A stretch of DNA of 64,000 nt from Planctomycetales bacterium. GTDB lineage: Bacteria > 4484-113. The notes below the pieces were generated by a model. The model was not told the origin of the DNA. It did not search any database and saw nothing but the letters and a program-made list of their open reading frames with translations. This document shows, piece after piece, positions 27,735 through 36,999 of this stretch. Location: the NCBI GenBank assembly GCA_037441675.1, contig JBBIRS010000001.1, positions 224,001 to 288,000 on the forward strand. The letters are read 5' to 3'. Both the position numbers and the translations under genes were made by a program. Position 1 is the first letter of the stretch; every line of letters starts with the position of its first letter.

Positions 27735-29621
27735 GTGCCAGATAAATTGCGAACTTGGTTATTGCCTTCAATCTTGCTTCTATCCCTCTTCTTGCTTCCG
27801 TTTTTTGAGGGCGGAAACGGCTTTCCATCCTTTTTCTTCGGCTTAGTTGTTATACCCTCAATCTTCCTATTGCACTACTTCTCCGGGGACATTCGTCCCT
27901 CGCTGACATTGACTCTTTTGTTGTTGATTTTCGTTTTAATAAGTCTCGCAACATCAACTTATGTCTATCCAACTCTTAAGAATATCAACTTTTTAGTTTC
28001 AAGCGTCTCCGCGTTTATTCTAACCGCTCATTACGCGAGGAAAGTTCCACGCTTTTGCATTCTCCTCCTTGAGGTGCTGACCGCTTCTTCCTTTCTCACC
28101 TGTTTATATGGCTTATTTCTTCTATCAGCAAATCTTCCAAGAATAACCTTTGAGACTCAAGTTTCCTCAACCTTTGGTCTTCATAATAGCTTTGCGGCAT
28201 TTTTACTCCTTACATGGCTAATTCCCTGGGCTCTAATAGGGATAAGAAAGTCACCCATCTATGCGATAATTGGAGTTACCCTCTTGCTCACACTGCTTCT
28301 AACTTTTAGTCGTGCGTCTTACATTGCGCTTTTCATTCAACTTGCATACATTCTTGTCTCTTTACTATTGGTTAACTCTCAAGGAGTTAACGCCTTTTGG
28401 GAAAATCTCCGAGGCAGTAAGCCCTTCATCTCACTTTCCACCTTTGTTTTACTTTCGTTAGTCCTTATTCTTCTTTCCTTTACCACCTTTTACGTAAGCC
28501 TTTTTCAACGTATCACCTCCATCTTCAATATTCTTGATTATTCCCTTCAGGGCAGGCTAACCTTCTGGAAAGTTGCCTTTGAAATGTTCGCAAGATATCT
28601 TTTCTTTGGAGTAGGGCTAGGTAACTTCGGATACCATTACACCTATCTTCAACCCAATTGGCATTATTTTGCCACGGATGCTCATGGAATTATTTTTCAA
28701 GCGCTTGCTGAGGGTGGTTTGTTCACCACTTTTTTTCTCGCATTAATCTTCATTCTATTTTTCAAAAGTTGGATTAAGGCAAAAGCTTTCCCTTCGGCTT
28801 TCCCCAAGACTTCCCATATTCTCCTCAGCTCAGCAATCTTGGGTTTCTTTCTGCACGCCCAGGTTGACTTTGATCTTACCTATCTCGCGAATGCGATTTA
28901 CTTTTCCGCTTTGATTGGAATTCTTCTCTCTCCTGCCCTAAATTATGCTCAGATTAAAAAAGGAAGTATAAGAAATGTCTTCACCGCGCAGGGCTTATAT
29001 CAAAACATAACCGCATTGTTTGTTCTGCTCGGCCTAGTATCAATCATTTCTTCAGGGTATCTTTTGAGTAGGGAGCGTGCCTATCTTGAAAGAGCAAGAG
29101 TAGCGGATAACAAAACGCCTCATCTTGAGAAGGCTCTTTCGGTAATGCCCATTAACGCCTCAGTAAGAGTTGACTTGGTTCTAAATCTACTGCAAGAACC
29201 TACTCCCAATTTAGAAAGAATAAGGGGAGAGCTTAAAACAGTTCTCTCTCAAAATTCTTATGAGAGTCAGGGCTACTTTCTTCTTAGTCAGTTGCCGATA
29301 TCGCCCTTAGAAGAAAGCGTTAGGCTTGGTGAGAAGGCGATAGAGCTTGACCCGTACAACCGACCTTACTACTATCTTGGATTGTCTCGGCTATATAGAA
29401 GGGCAGGCGACACAAATGGAGAACGGCGGATTTTGCTCACTTTTGCCAACCGCTTCGGCGAGATAAAGGAGAAAATCACACCCACATTTGCGCGGAGCAC
29501 GTGGGTAAGTTACAATGAGACCTTTTACACCATTTACCTACGTCTCTCAGAGCTAATGTTAAACGAAGACCCCGTTCTAAGTCGTATTTGTCGTCAGCGG
29601 GCGGAAAATTTCATTCACTGA
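27735..29621 (+). CDS. O-antigen ligase / oligosaccharyltransferase family membrane protein with C-terminal TPR-like region
   Basis: Multi-TM; STFGLHNSFAAFL, LTFSRASY, RLTFWKVAFEM..FFGVGLGNF, DAHG...LAEGG; KAIELDPYN TPR-like. Confidence 0.85.
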   Translation: MPDKLRTWLLPSILLLSLFLLPFFEGGNGFPSFFFGLVVIPSIFLLHYFSGDIRPSLTLTLLLLIFVLISLATSTYVYPTLKNINFLVSSVSAFILTAHYARKVPRFCILLLEVLTASSFLTCLYGLFLLSANLPRITFETQVSSTFGLHNSFAAFLLLTWLIPWALIGIRKSPIYAIIGVTLLLTLLLTFSRASYIALFIQLAYILVSLLLVNSQGVNAFWENLRGSKPFISLSTFVLLSLVLILLSFTTFYVSLFQRITSIFNILDYSLQGRLTFWKVAFEMFARYLFFGVGLGNFGYHYTYLQPNWHYFATDAHGIIFQALAEGGLFTTFFLALIFILFFKSWIKAKAFPSAFPKTSHILLSSAILGFFLHAQVDFDLTYLANAIYFSALIGILLSPALNYAQIKKGSIRNVFTAQGLYQNITALFVLLGLVSIISSGYLLSRERAYLERARVADNKTPHLEKALSVMPINASVRVDLVLNLLQEPTPNLERIRGELKTVLSQNSYESQGYFLLSQLPISPLEESVRLGEKAIELDPYNRPYYYLGLSRLYRRAGDTNGERRILLTFANRFGEIKEKITPTFARSTWVSYNETFYTIYLRLSELMLNEDPVLSRICRQRAENFIH

Positions 29622-29654
29622 AAAATATCCCTCAATTGCGCTATAATCTCAATA

Positions 29655-30617
29655 GTGAACTTTGAGCCTGAAAATGCAGATAAAGAAGAGAAGGCGCGGC
29701 AAAAGGTAGTTTCACCCGAGACCTTCCTTAACGTTCCTACATGTCCTTTTCGCCGAGTAAGTTTTGGCGTGACATACTGCACCATCTCCACCGATGCGTA
29801 CTATGCGGAGGTTGACCCTCTAACGTGCCTCAACTGTGAAGTGCCGGAGATAATTAAGAAGCCGAGGTGTAGATTTTTATCACTAGGGACGGAGCTAAAG
29901 CCTTATCGTGGCGAGGGAAAGTTAGTTACCGCAATGGCTTGCAAGGAGCTTGGAATTAAGCTCTATGATTTCTCCAGCTGCGCCAAGTGCGCTCTATATT
30001 CTGAGGTTCCATCCATAGTTGATGAGATAAAGAGAAGCAAAGAAAAGGCGGAAATCAAGCTCACGGTCACCGATGAACTTGTAAAAGAAGTGGCAAAGAT
30101 AATCTCAGATGAACAAGAGGAATTTCGTGCGGCCAGGGAGGAAAAGCCCTTCTTTTGCATGAGGTGCTGGCGTTTTGCTGATGGACATTGCCGTAAGACT
30201 CCTGTCTACACCCGAGGAAAGGTAACGATAATACTCAAAGCTAACGAACGTAATGACGAGATTTACCGACGCGCTATACTGCCTGCCATAAAGGAAATTG
30301 GCCTTTCTCCTTATCGCATCACGGACGAGATGGATGAAGTGGACAACCTATGCCGAGCCTGTGAGAACATTCAGGAGAGCGATTTCGCAGTTTTTTCCCT
30401 TGACGATTGGGACAGCAACATCTTATTCCTCATTGGCTTGGCGCAAGGAATGGGAAGAAACTTGGCTGTCCTTAAACGCGATAACGTGGCTAAAGTGCCT
30501 CTGCTTGACACAATTTCTGAGTATATTCTTGAATATTCCAATCTCTCTGAAATAATCTTTCTTCTAAAAAGCAGATTTTCTCCATTTATAAAGCATTCTC
30601 AGGAGCGTGAATTATGA
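29655..30617 (+). CDS. Cys-rich protein with C-terminal nucleoside 2-deoxyribosyltransferase/TIR-like fold
   Basis: Two four-Cys clusters at N-terminus; AILPAIKEIGLSPYRI...ENIQESDFAVFSL...SNILFLIGLAQGMGRNLAVL. Confidence 0.65.
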   Translation: MNFEPENADKEEKARQKVVSPETFLNVPTCPFRRVSFGVTYCTISTDAYYAEVDPLTCLNCEVPEIIKKPRCRFLSLGTELKPYRGEGKLVTAMACKELGIKLYDFSSCAKCALYSEVPSIVDEIKRSKEKAEIKLTVTDELVKEVAKIISDEQEEFRAAREEKPFFCMRCWRFADGHCRKTPVYTRGKVTIILKANERNDEIYRRAILPAIKEIGLSPYRITDEMDEVDNLCRACENIQESDFAVFSLDDWDSNILFLIGLAQGMGRNLAVLKRDNVAKVPLLDTISEYILEYSNLSEIIFLLKSRFSPFIKHSQEREL

Positions 30618-30907
30618 CTTTCACAGTTCCCTCGGAGCTTACCTTTTCTTGCTCTGAATGTTCTCGTACTTTCCGTCTGATAACTCGCGAGCTCTCAGAG
30701 GTTCTAACGATTCATTGTCCCTACTGCGCATCAAGTATGTATTGGCTGGATTGCGTTGAGCCAAGAGTGAAGGCGGAATTGCTTCAGCAAGTCAGAGAAT
30801 CGCTCAGAGAAATAGTGAAAAAAGTAGAGGAAGATGTGCAAAGGGACAAAAAAGAAGTGGACGAAGCTGTCCTGAGACTGCTCCTTTCAAGAATGATTAA
30901 GAGTTAA
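30614..30907 (+). CDS. Small zinc-ribbon protein with C-terminal helix
   Basis: CSEC...CPYC; ATGA overlap with upstream gene. Confidence 0.75.
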   Translation: MTFTVPSELTFSCSECSRTFRLITRELSEVLTIHCPYCASSMYWLDCVEPRVKAELLQQVRESLREIVKKVEEDVQRDKKEVDEAVLRLLLSRMIKS

Positions 30908-31065
30908 TCACGAAAATCTTTACGAAGGCGCTTCTTTAGGGAGAGTGCGAACTTCGAGCCTATAGTTATTACCACCCTGCATCTGATTTTTCAAGGTTGC
31001 CGAAATTTCGCTTTTAGAGTAATATTTACGATACCATGCGAAAAGTTGGCAAATGAGAGGGGAAG

Positions 31066-32883
31066 ATGGATAAAATTCTTTTGAAAGTTATAGTATGTGT
31101 TGGAGTTGTTTTGTTTTATTTAACGGTTGTCTACGCAGCAAAGGATCCGCTCGCGGTGAAAGATGCAGTGGTCAAAATCAAGGAGAAAGTTCTTTCCTCA
31201 GAATCTTCCTGGAATGCGCTAATCTCAGAGATCAGTTCCGCACAGGATGAAGCCAAAGAATTCTCCGAATATAAAGACGCCTACGATAAACTCCTTTCCC
31301 TGAAGGATGAACTTAACGCCTACGATAATGAGCTTTCTGGTTATCTGTCTGAGCTTAACTCTTACCGGGAAGAGCATCCTGACATGACTGAAACGGAAGA
31401 ACTCCAATTCACAGAAACCCTTGAATTTGTTGACACTGTCAGCGTTACTATTACTTCATATTTGATGCGCATAGCCTCAATTGAGGTGAAGCAGGCGGAG
31501 TTATTGAAGCAAGCCCCTCCCGAGAAAAAAGAAGTTCCAACCGAATTTGAGGTTCGTGGAGAACTCTCGGTTCTCACTGGTAATGGTACTTTAACCGATA
31601 GGGATAGGCATTACCTCATGGTTTCTGAAAGATACAAGAATAAAAAGGATCAGGTTTTCACTTTTTTGCAAAGGTACGATAACGACCATTCCTTTATTGA
31701 TAGACGAAGAACCGTCTTTTCAATGGCTCAGGAGTTACCCGTTTTTCTTGGGGGAGAGCTGGAAATGCGCCAATCCTATGAAGATTATGATGACCTAAGT
31801 TTCAGCGCGAATTCTCGCAAACAGCTTAATCTTGATTTTGATTTTTCTCGCCCATTTGCTGGTGGTAGAACGCAAACATTTTTCTCCTACCATTACACTT
31901 CAAAGAATTTCAGAAGCATTTCCCCACGCTCATATCTGAATCACTGGGCAAGGTTTGAGATAATTCACGAAATAAGCCCAAAGGTTATTGGTAATGCCTA
32001 TTGGCATATGATAGATTCCCATTACGCTCTCACTAACTTCAATGGTTACAATGCCACTTATCTCGGGGCAGGTTTTCAATTCACACCCAATCCCGGTTTC
32101 ATTTGGAATCTAAAGTACCAGTCTCTTGAGAATTCCTATGATGTCAGGAAGGCTAGTGCTTTCTTTGAGGAGTACTTTTTGCTTGAGGGACACTATCAAC
32201 CCAATAACGATGTTCTCGTAGAAGGTGACCTAAGGTTTTTAGACCACAATCGTCGGAGAACTCCAGGAAGTAGTTACGACGAAGACCGATTCCGTCTGCG
32301 TTACAATCGTTCATTTAGTGAAAGCGCGGATGGCGATTTCCGCTTTGAATGGAAGAACAAGGATTTTGATGTTGCAAGTCCGAACGATTTTACTTACCTT
32401 CGTTGGCAAGCATACTTAAACTTTTACCCAAGCGAGAGATTGCGCTGGTATTACAACTTTGATTTTTACGACTACGATTACTCAAGTCTAGCACGCAGTT
32501 ACAATAGAATGTACAATCGGCTGGGTTTTAATTATCACTTTGCGAACGGCGTGTTATGGACATCTGAGTTCGCCCTCACCGATCAGAACTACTCCACAAA
32601 CAGCGCAAGAAACTATACCATCACTGATTTTCTTGCTGATCTGTACGTTCCCATAAGTCGTAGGGATAATCTTCGCTTCTTTTTAACGCTAAGCAGGCTT
32701 GACCAATCCGCACATCTCTCAGTGAATGATTACACTGCGACTGATTTTGGTGTTGAATACACATGTAGATTATCTGAAAATTACCGCTTGAAGCTCATTT
32801 ATACTTACGACCGAAGAGACTACAAGAATCAGGCTGATATTAGAGATACCGCCTTTGAGACTAGGCTTAACTTTGATTTCTAA
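31066..32883 (+). CDS. Outer-membrane beta-barrel protein with N-terminal periplasmic coiled coil
   Basis: Signal peptide; acidic helical N-terminus; long run of alternating aromatic strands; terminal ..TRLNFDF beta-signal. Confidence 0.8.
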   Translation: MDKILLKVIVCVGVVLFYLTVVYAAKDPLAVKDAVVKIKEKVLSSESSWNALISEISSAQDEAKEFSEYKDAYDKLLSLKDELNAYDNELSGYLSELNSYREEHPDMTETEELQFTETLEFVDTVSVTITSYLMRIASIEVKQAELLKQAPPEKKEVPTEFEVRGELSVLTGNGTLTDRDRHYLMVSERYKNKKDQVFTFLQRYDNDHSFIDRRRTVFSMAQELPVFLGGELEMRQSYEDYDDLSFSANSRKQLNLDFDFSRPFAGGRTQTFFSYHYTSKNFRSISPRSYLNHWARFEIIHEISPKVIGNAYWHMIDSHYALTNFNGYNATYLGAGFQFTPNPGFIWNLKYQSLENSYDVRKASAFFEEYFLLEGHYQPNNDVLVEGDLRFLDHNRRRTPGSSYDEDRFRLRYNRSFSESADGDFRFEWKNKDFDVASPNDFTYLRWQAYLNFYPSERLRWYYNFDFYDYDYSSLARSYNRMYNRLGFNYHFANGVLWTSEFALTDQNYSTNSARNYTITDFLADLYVPISRRDNLRFFLTLSRLDQSAHLSVNDYTATDFGVEYTCRLSENYRLKLIYTYDRRDYKNQADIRDTAFETRLNFDF

Positions 32884-32897
32884 GAGGTGAATTTAAT

Positions 32898-34856
32898 ATG
32901 AATGAAGCAAAGAGTAAGAGTTGTTTAAGATTTTTGATTTTTGTTCTGGTTGTTTCTGTATTTGCGGGAGCGATTTCAGCTCAAGAACTCACCGTTCGGA
33001 TAACAAGAATTGCCGGAGCAGTCGAGATAAAAAAAAGTGGCACGCAAAGGTGGGTTCGTGCAGAGGCAGGTACAACAATTAAGAATGGCGATTCCTTAAG
33101 AACCCTGAAAGGTGGCAAGGCACAGTTGGTCTTCCCTCAGAATGTAATTGTGCTTATTAAGGAAAATTCTGTGTTGAACCTAAAAGATTTGAGGGCAGAT
33201 GGTGGAAGCAAGGTCAAAACCCTTGTCGGTAGTTTTCTTTTTGACCTTAAGAAAGCTCTATCACCAGGCTCATCCTTTGAGGTTGAAACGCCATCCGCAT
33301 TAGCTGTCGTGCGAGGAACGAAGTTCGGTGATGATGTTGGCTTTGATGGCTCGACTGTCTTTACTGGCTATGAAGACACGGTTGAGATTATTGCGCAAGG
33401 AATTTCAAGAACGCTGGAAGAAGGATTTGAAATTGAAGTGAAACCAGATGAACCACCCGGCGAGCCTCAGGCTACCGATAAAACCTGGGAAGAGGTATTT
33501 ACAGCTGAAGATGTAGAGTATCCCACGGCGGAGGAGTACATCTCCCAATTCTCCTTCCTCGCCACACAATTCGAGGAGCTTTCAGGCATAGTTAGGCGTT
33601 TTTACGAGGAATTCCAGCGTTACGAGCTTGAAGGGGATCTGCCTAAAATGTCCTCTGTCTATTACAACATTCAACCCTACAGAGAGACCTTTGGCAGGCT
33701 GAATGAGAATTACGATACCTTGTATTCAAGCCTTAGCCAGGACCCTTACTTCTCTTGGATTCCAGCGAGTACCTCACCCCTAAATGGCACAGAGGAGTCA
33801 GGGCAAACGATACAGGGATACATTTCTCGTATTAATCAATACCAGGATGAGATTAACAACGCACTTTCTTACATCTTCACTCAGATAGAGGAATACACCG
33901 TCTCTACTGAGGATGTTTTGGATGAGCAAAGAGGCAACATAGAGTCCCGTGATCCTGAGCGAGACGTTCGTTACAGCACGTTTGACACTGACAACGATGG
34001 CGTTCCCGATGTAGTGGAGAGTGCGCTTGGTGTAGAGCCTGGCTCTGAAGAACCCATCATACAGCTTATCTCTCCCGATGACGGTGCGGAGTTTTTCTAC
34101 CCAGATGTCGCGTTTATAAATTTTGAGTTTTCAGTCTCTGATGACACTTACTTTTCAAGCTTTGAGCTTGTTCTTTCAGCAGGTGGTGTTACCTCGACTA
34201 AAACTTTCAGCGGGTTTTCTATGGATATCTCAATTCCTGAGCTTGTGGAGGGTCCTCCCTCATTTCTGAGCCTTCTTCAGGACGGCGAATCGGTTGAGTT
34301 CTCCTGGTACGTTCGTGGCAATTTTGATTTTGAGTTGTTCTCCCAGAGCCAAATCACTCAGGAAACCGCATCACTTCGCCAGGCATCTTCCATACCGATT
34401 TTAAGCGAGACTAGGTCATTCACCCTGACACACGCTCCTGTTGGAGCTGTTGTAGACCTGAGTTTAAGCGTGGTAGGTCCCTCTACTGTCCATGTAGGTG
34501 AACAAGTCACAGTTAGACTTGATTTTAGCGATGTTACTGGCTTGACAAGGTGGGAAATTGCCCTAAGGTATGATCCCTCCCTTCTTGAGTTTGACACCGG
34601 CAGGAAGACAGGCTTGACCTCCGGTTCCACGCTATTCTTTGGTGAAGATAGCCTTGGGGTACTCGCAATTTCAGGTGAAATTCCTCAAGGCTCTGCACCA
34701 ATTAGTGGTAGCGGTCCGTTTGCAGAGATTGTCTTTTTAGCTAGAAACTCAGGTTTAGCAAGCATTGACTTCGGCAGGGTAGAGCTGGAAGGCGTCGGTG
34801 GGGCAAGTATCCCTATAGGTGCGCTTGCTGGAACGGAGGTAAATATTAGCGGGTAA
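32898..34856 (+). CDS. Exported FecR-domain protein with helical mid region and C-terminal cohesin-like domain
   Basis: GDSLRT..GKAQL, FEVETPSALAVVRGTKF (FecR); DTDNDGVPDVVE Ca-loop; VHVGEQVTVRL...LRYDPSLLEF...GSGPFAEIVF (cohesin-like). Confidence 0.85.
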   Translation: MNEAKSKSCLRFLIFVLVVSVFAGAISAQELTVRITRIAGAVEIKKSGTQRWVRAEAGTTIKNGDSLRTLKGGKAQLVFPQNVIVLIKENSVLNLKDLRADGGSKVKTLVGSFLFDLKKALSPGSSFEVETPSALAVVRGTKFGDDVGFDGSTVFTGYEDTVEIIAQGISRTLEEGFEIEVKPDEPPGEPQATDKTWEEVFTAEDVEYPTAEEYISQFSFLATQFEELSGIVRRFYEEFQRYELEGDLPKMSSVYYNIQPYRETFGRLNENYDTLYSSLSQDPYFSWIPASTSPLNGTEESGQTIQGYISRINQYQDEINNALSYIFTQIEEYTVSTEDVLDEQRGNIESRDPERDVRYSTFDTDNDGVPDVVESALGVEPGSEEPIIQLISPDDGAEFFYPDVAFINFEFSVSDDTYFSSFELVLSAGGVTSTKTFSGFSMDISIPELVEGPPSFLSLLQDGESVEFSWYVRGNFDFELFSQSQITQETASLRQASSIPILSETRSFTLTHAPVGAVVDLSLSVVGPSTVHVGEQVTVRLDFSDVTGLTRWEIALRYDPSLLEFDTGRKTGLTSGSTLFFGEDSLGVLAISGEIPQGSAPISGSGPFAEIVFLARNSGLASIDFGRVELEGVGGASIPIGALAGTEVNISG

Positions 34857-35016
34857 GTAAAACGAAGTTTCATTGAGCTTGGTCTATTATTTGCTTAAAA
34901 CGCCTCACATTTCCTCTATCACAATTTCTTAGATGCAAAGTATCTTTGCAAAGATAGCCTAAATTTTTATTCTATCCTTTAGATAGAAGTTAAGTTATAC
35001 TACTCTTGAAAAGCTT

Positions 35017-36999
35017 ATGCGAGGCAAGCGAAAATACATTGCATTTTTATTCACGGTTCTTGGTCTTCTAATGGCGCTTTCTATAGCTCCGCTGAAGCTT
35101 TGGGAGTTCAGTGAGCACTGGTTTTCTACGCAAGCTTTCAAGTTACGCGGACACAAGGAGCCCGACCCAAGGATAACAATTGTGGGCATTGATGATGCGT
35201 CCTACGAATTTATGGGTGATGTGGGTATAGACTGGCCCTTTCCAAGGAGTATGTGGGCAGATCTTCTAAAGAAGCTCACGGACGCAGGCGCTCGTGTTGT
35301 GGTATTTGATATCCTCTTCTCCGATGAGCCGTGGGATGTTTCAGAGGATGAAGCCTTCCGTACCGCAATAATCAGGGCGCAGAAAAACGGAACAACTGTT
35401 ATCCTTTCAGCAAGTTGGGTGGTAGCCAGTGGCGTGGGTGGTAGTGGTGAACTAGGAGAGCTTGCGTCCCTTGAAATCCCGACCGATACTATAATGGAGG
35501 GAAAGCCGGAAATTGCTGTTGCGTCCGCTCTCACCAAGCTCTCCTATAAAGACAAAGAGCTCGCTTACATTGTTTTTGAAGGACAGCGCTATTATTCCCA
35601 GGCAGTTCAGGCGTATCGCCAAATACTCAAAGACGAGGGTAGGCTTGAAGAGTTTGACCAAAACCCACGAGCCTTTGGTGTAAGCAAGGCGCGGGATTTC
35701 ATTATCAATTATTTTGGTCCCTCAGGCAGCATTCCCATCGTTCCCCTTGCGATGATGTTTCCGGAGCTTCTTGAGGAGAAGGTTTGGGAGAAGCGTGAGG
35801 GTGAAATGCAGGAGATTCGCGCTTCCACCTTCAAAGACGGCATAGTCTTCATCGGGAGCGTTTCCACTGCGGATAACGATTACTTTTGGACGCCATACGA
35901 GAAAATGTTCGGGGTTGAGACTATTGCGCATGCGTTCAATACACTCCTCACAGGCGAGCATATCTATCCCGTTGATTGGAAAGTAAGCGCCATAATTCTT
36001 GCTCTCATCTCGCTACTAACATGGACACTTGTTGTGATGTTAAGACCCCTTCAAGGAATTGCTTTCTTCATTGTTTCATTTTTTATCTATCAGATATTTC
36101 TCTTCGCGATGTTTATCAAGGCAAATTATTTGATGGAGTTCACGGTATCAACCGCATCTTTCTTCACCACCTATTTCTTCACATTAGGATTTAGGGTTTT
36201 CAGCGAAGAGGCGGAAAAACACAGAATTCGCGCCACTTTTGGTCGTTATATGGCTCCCGACATAGTGAAGGAGCTTATTGACAATCCAAAACTTGCGGAA
36301 CTTGGAGGAATTGAGCGTGAGGTTGCGCTACTTTTTACGGATATTAGGAACTACTCCACGATTTCAGAGCCCCTCAATCCTCATGAGACAGTTGAATTCC
36401 TGAACCGCTTCCTTTCCCGAGCATCGGAAGCGATAATGGCAAACGGAGGTTTTGTGGACAAGTTTGTTGGTGATGCAATAATGGCTGTTTTTGGAGCTCC
36501 AGTGCCACTGGAAAATCCATGCGCTTCAGCGGTTAGGTCAGCTCTCGCTATTGTTGAAATCGTTCATCATAATTGGAAAGATATTGTTGGTGACTTGCCA
36601 ATCCCACTTTTCCGCGTAGGGGTTGGAATACATTATGGTAAAGTCGTGATGGGCAACGTGGGTAGCGGTAGGAGAATGGATTACACCTGCATTGGAGATG
36701 TGGTAAATGTTGCCTCTAGGATTGAATCTGAAACAAAGCACTATCGTACCGCCATTCTTATTAGCGAAGATGTTTATAAGCGATTAGGTAACGAGTTCAA
36801 GTGTGAGTATGTTGCAGAGTCTTTGGTTAAAGGTCGAAAGAGTGCGGTTAGTCTGTACAAGGTTATTCACCCGGAGGGAGAAGAGGTAACAGACCTCACC
36901 GAGGCGGTTCTCACCGTAAGCGCAGATACCTCCTACGACCTCACATATGAAGAAGCTCAAGCGAAAGTTCTCACTAATCCACCTCCATCTCAAGCCTAG
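35017..36999 (+). CDS. CHASE2-domain class III adenylate cyclase
   Basis: ITIVGIDD, WPFPRSMWA, GARVVVFDILF (CHASE2); 3 TMs; LLFTDIRNYS, DKFVGDAIMAVFGAP, DYTCIGDVVNVASRIE; Lys/Thr specificity residues favour ATP. Confidence 0.93.
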   Translation: MRGKRKYIAFLFTVLGLLMALSIAPLKLWEFSEHWFSTQAFKLRGHKEPDPRITIVGIDDASYEFMGDVGIDWPFPRSMWADLLKKLTDAGARVVVFDILFSDEPWDVSEDEAFRTAIIRAQKNGTTVILSASWVVASGVGGSGELGELASLEIPTDTIMEGKPEIAVASALTKLSYKDKELAYIVFEGQRYYSQAVQAYRQILKDEGRLEEFDQNPRAFGVSKARDFIINYFGPSGSIPIVPLAMMFPELLEEKVWEKREGEMQEIRASTFKDGIVFIGSVSTADNDYFWTPYEKMFGVETIAHAFNTLLTGEHIYPVDWKVSAIILALISLLTWTLVVMLRPLQGIAFFIVSFFIYQIFLFAMFIKANYLMEFTVSTASFFTTYFFTLGFRVFSEEAEKHRIRATFGRYMAPDIVKELIDNPKLAELGGIEREVALLFTDIRNYSTISEPLNPHETVEFLNRFLSRASEAIMANGGFVDKFVGDAIMAVFGAPVPLENPCASAVRSALAIVEIVHHNWKDIVGDLPIPLFRVGVGIHYGKVVMGNVGSGRRMDYTCIGDVVNVASRIESETKHYRTAILISEDVYKRLGNEFKCEYVAESLVKGRKSAVSLYKVIHPEGEEVTDLTEAVLTVSADTSYDLTYEEAQAKVLTNPPPSQA

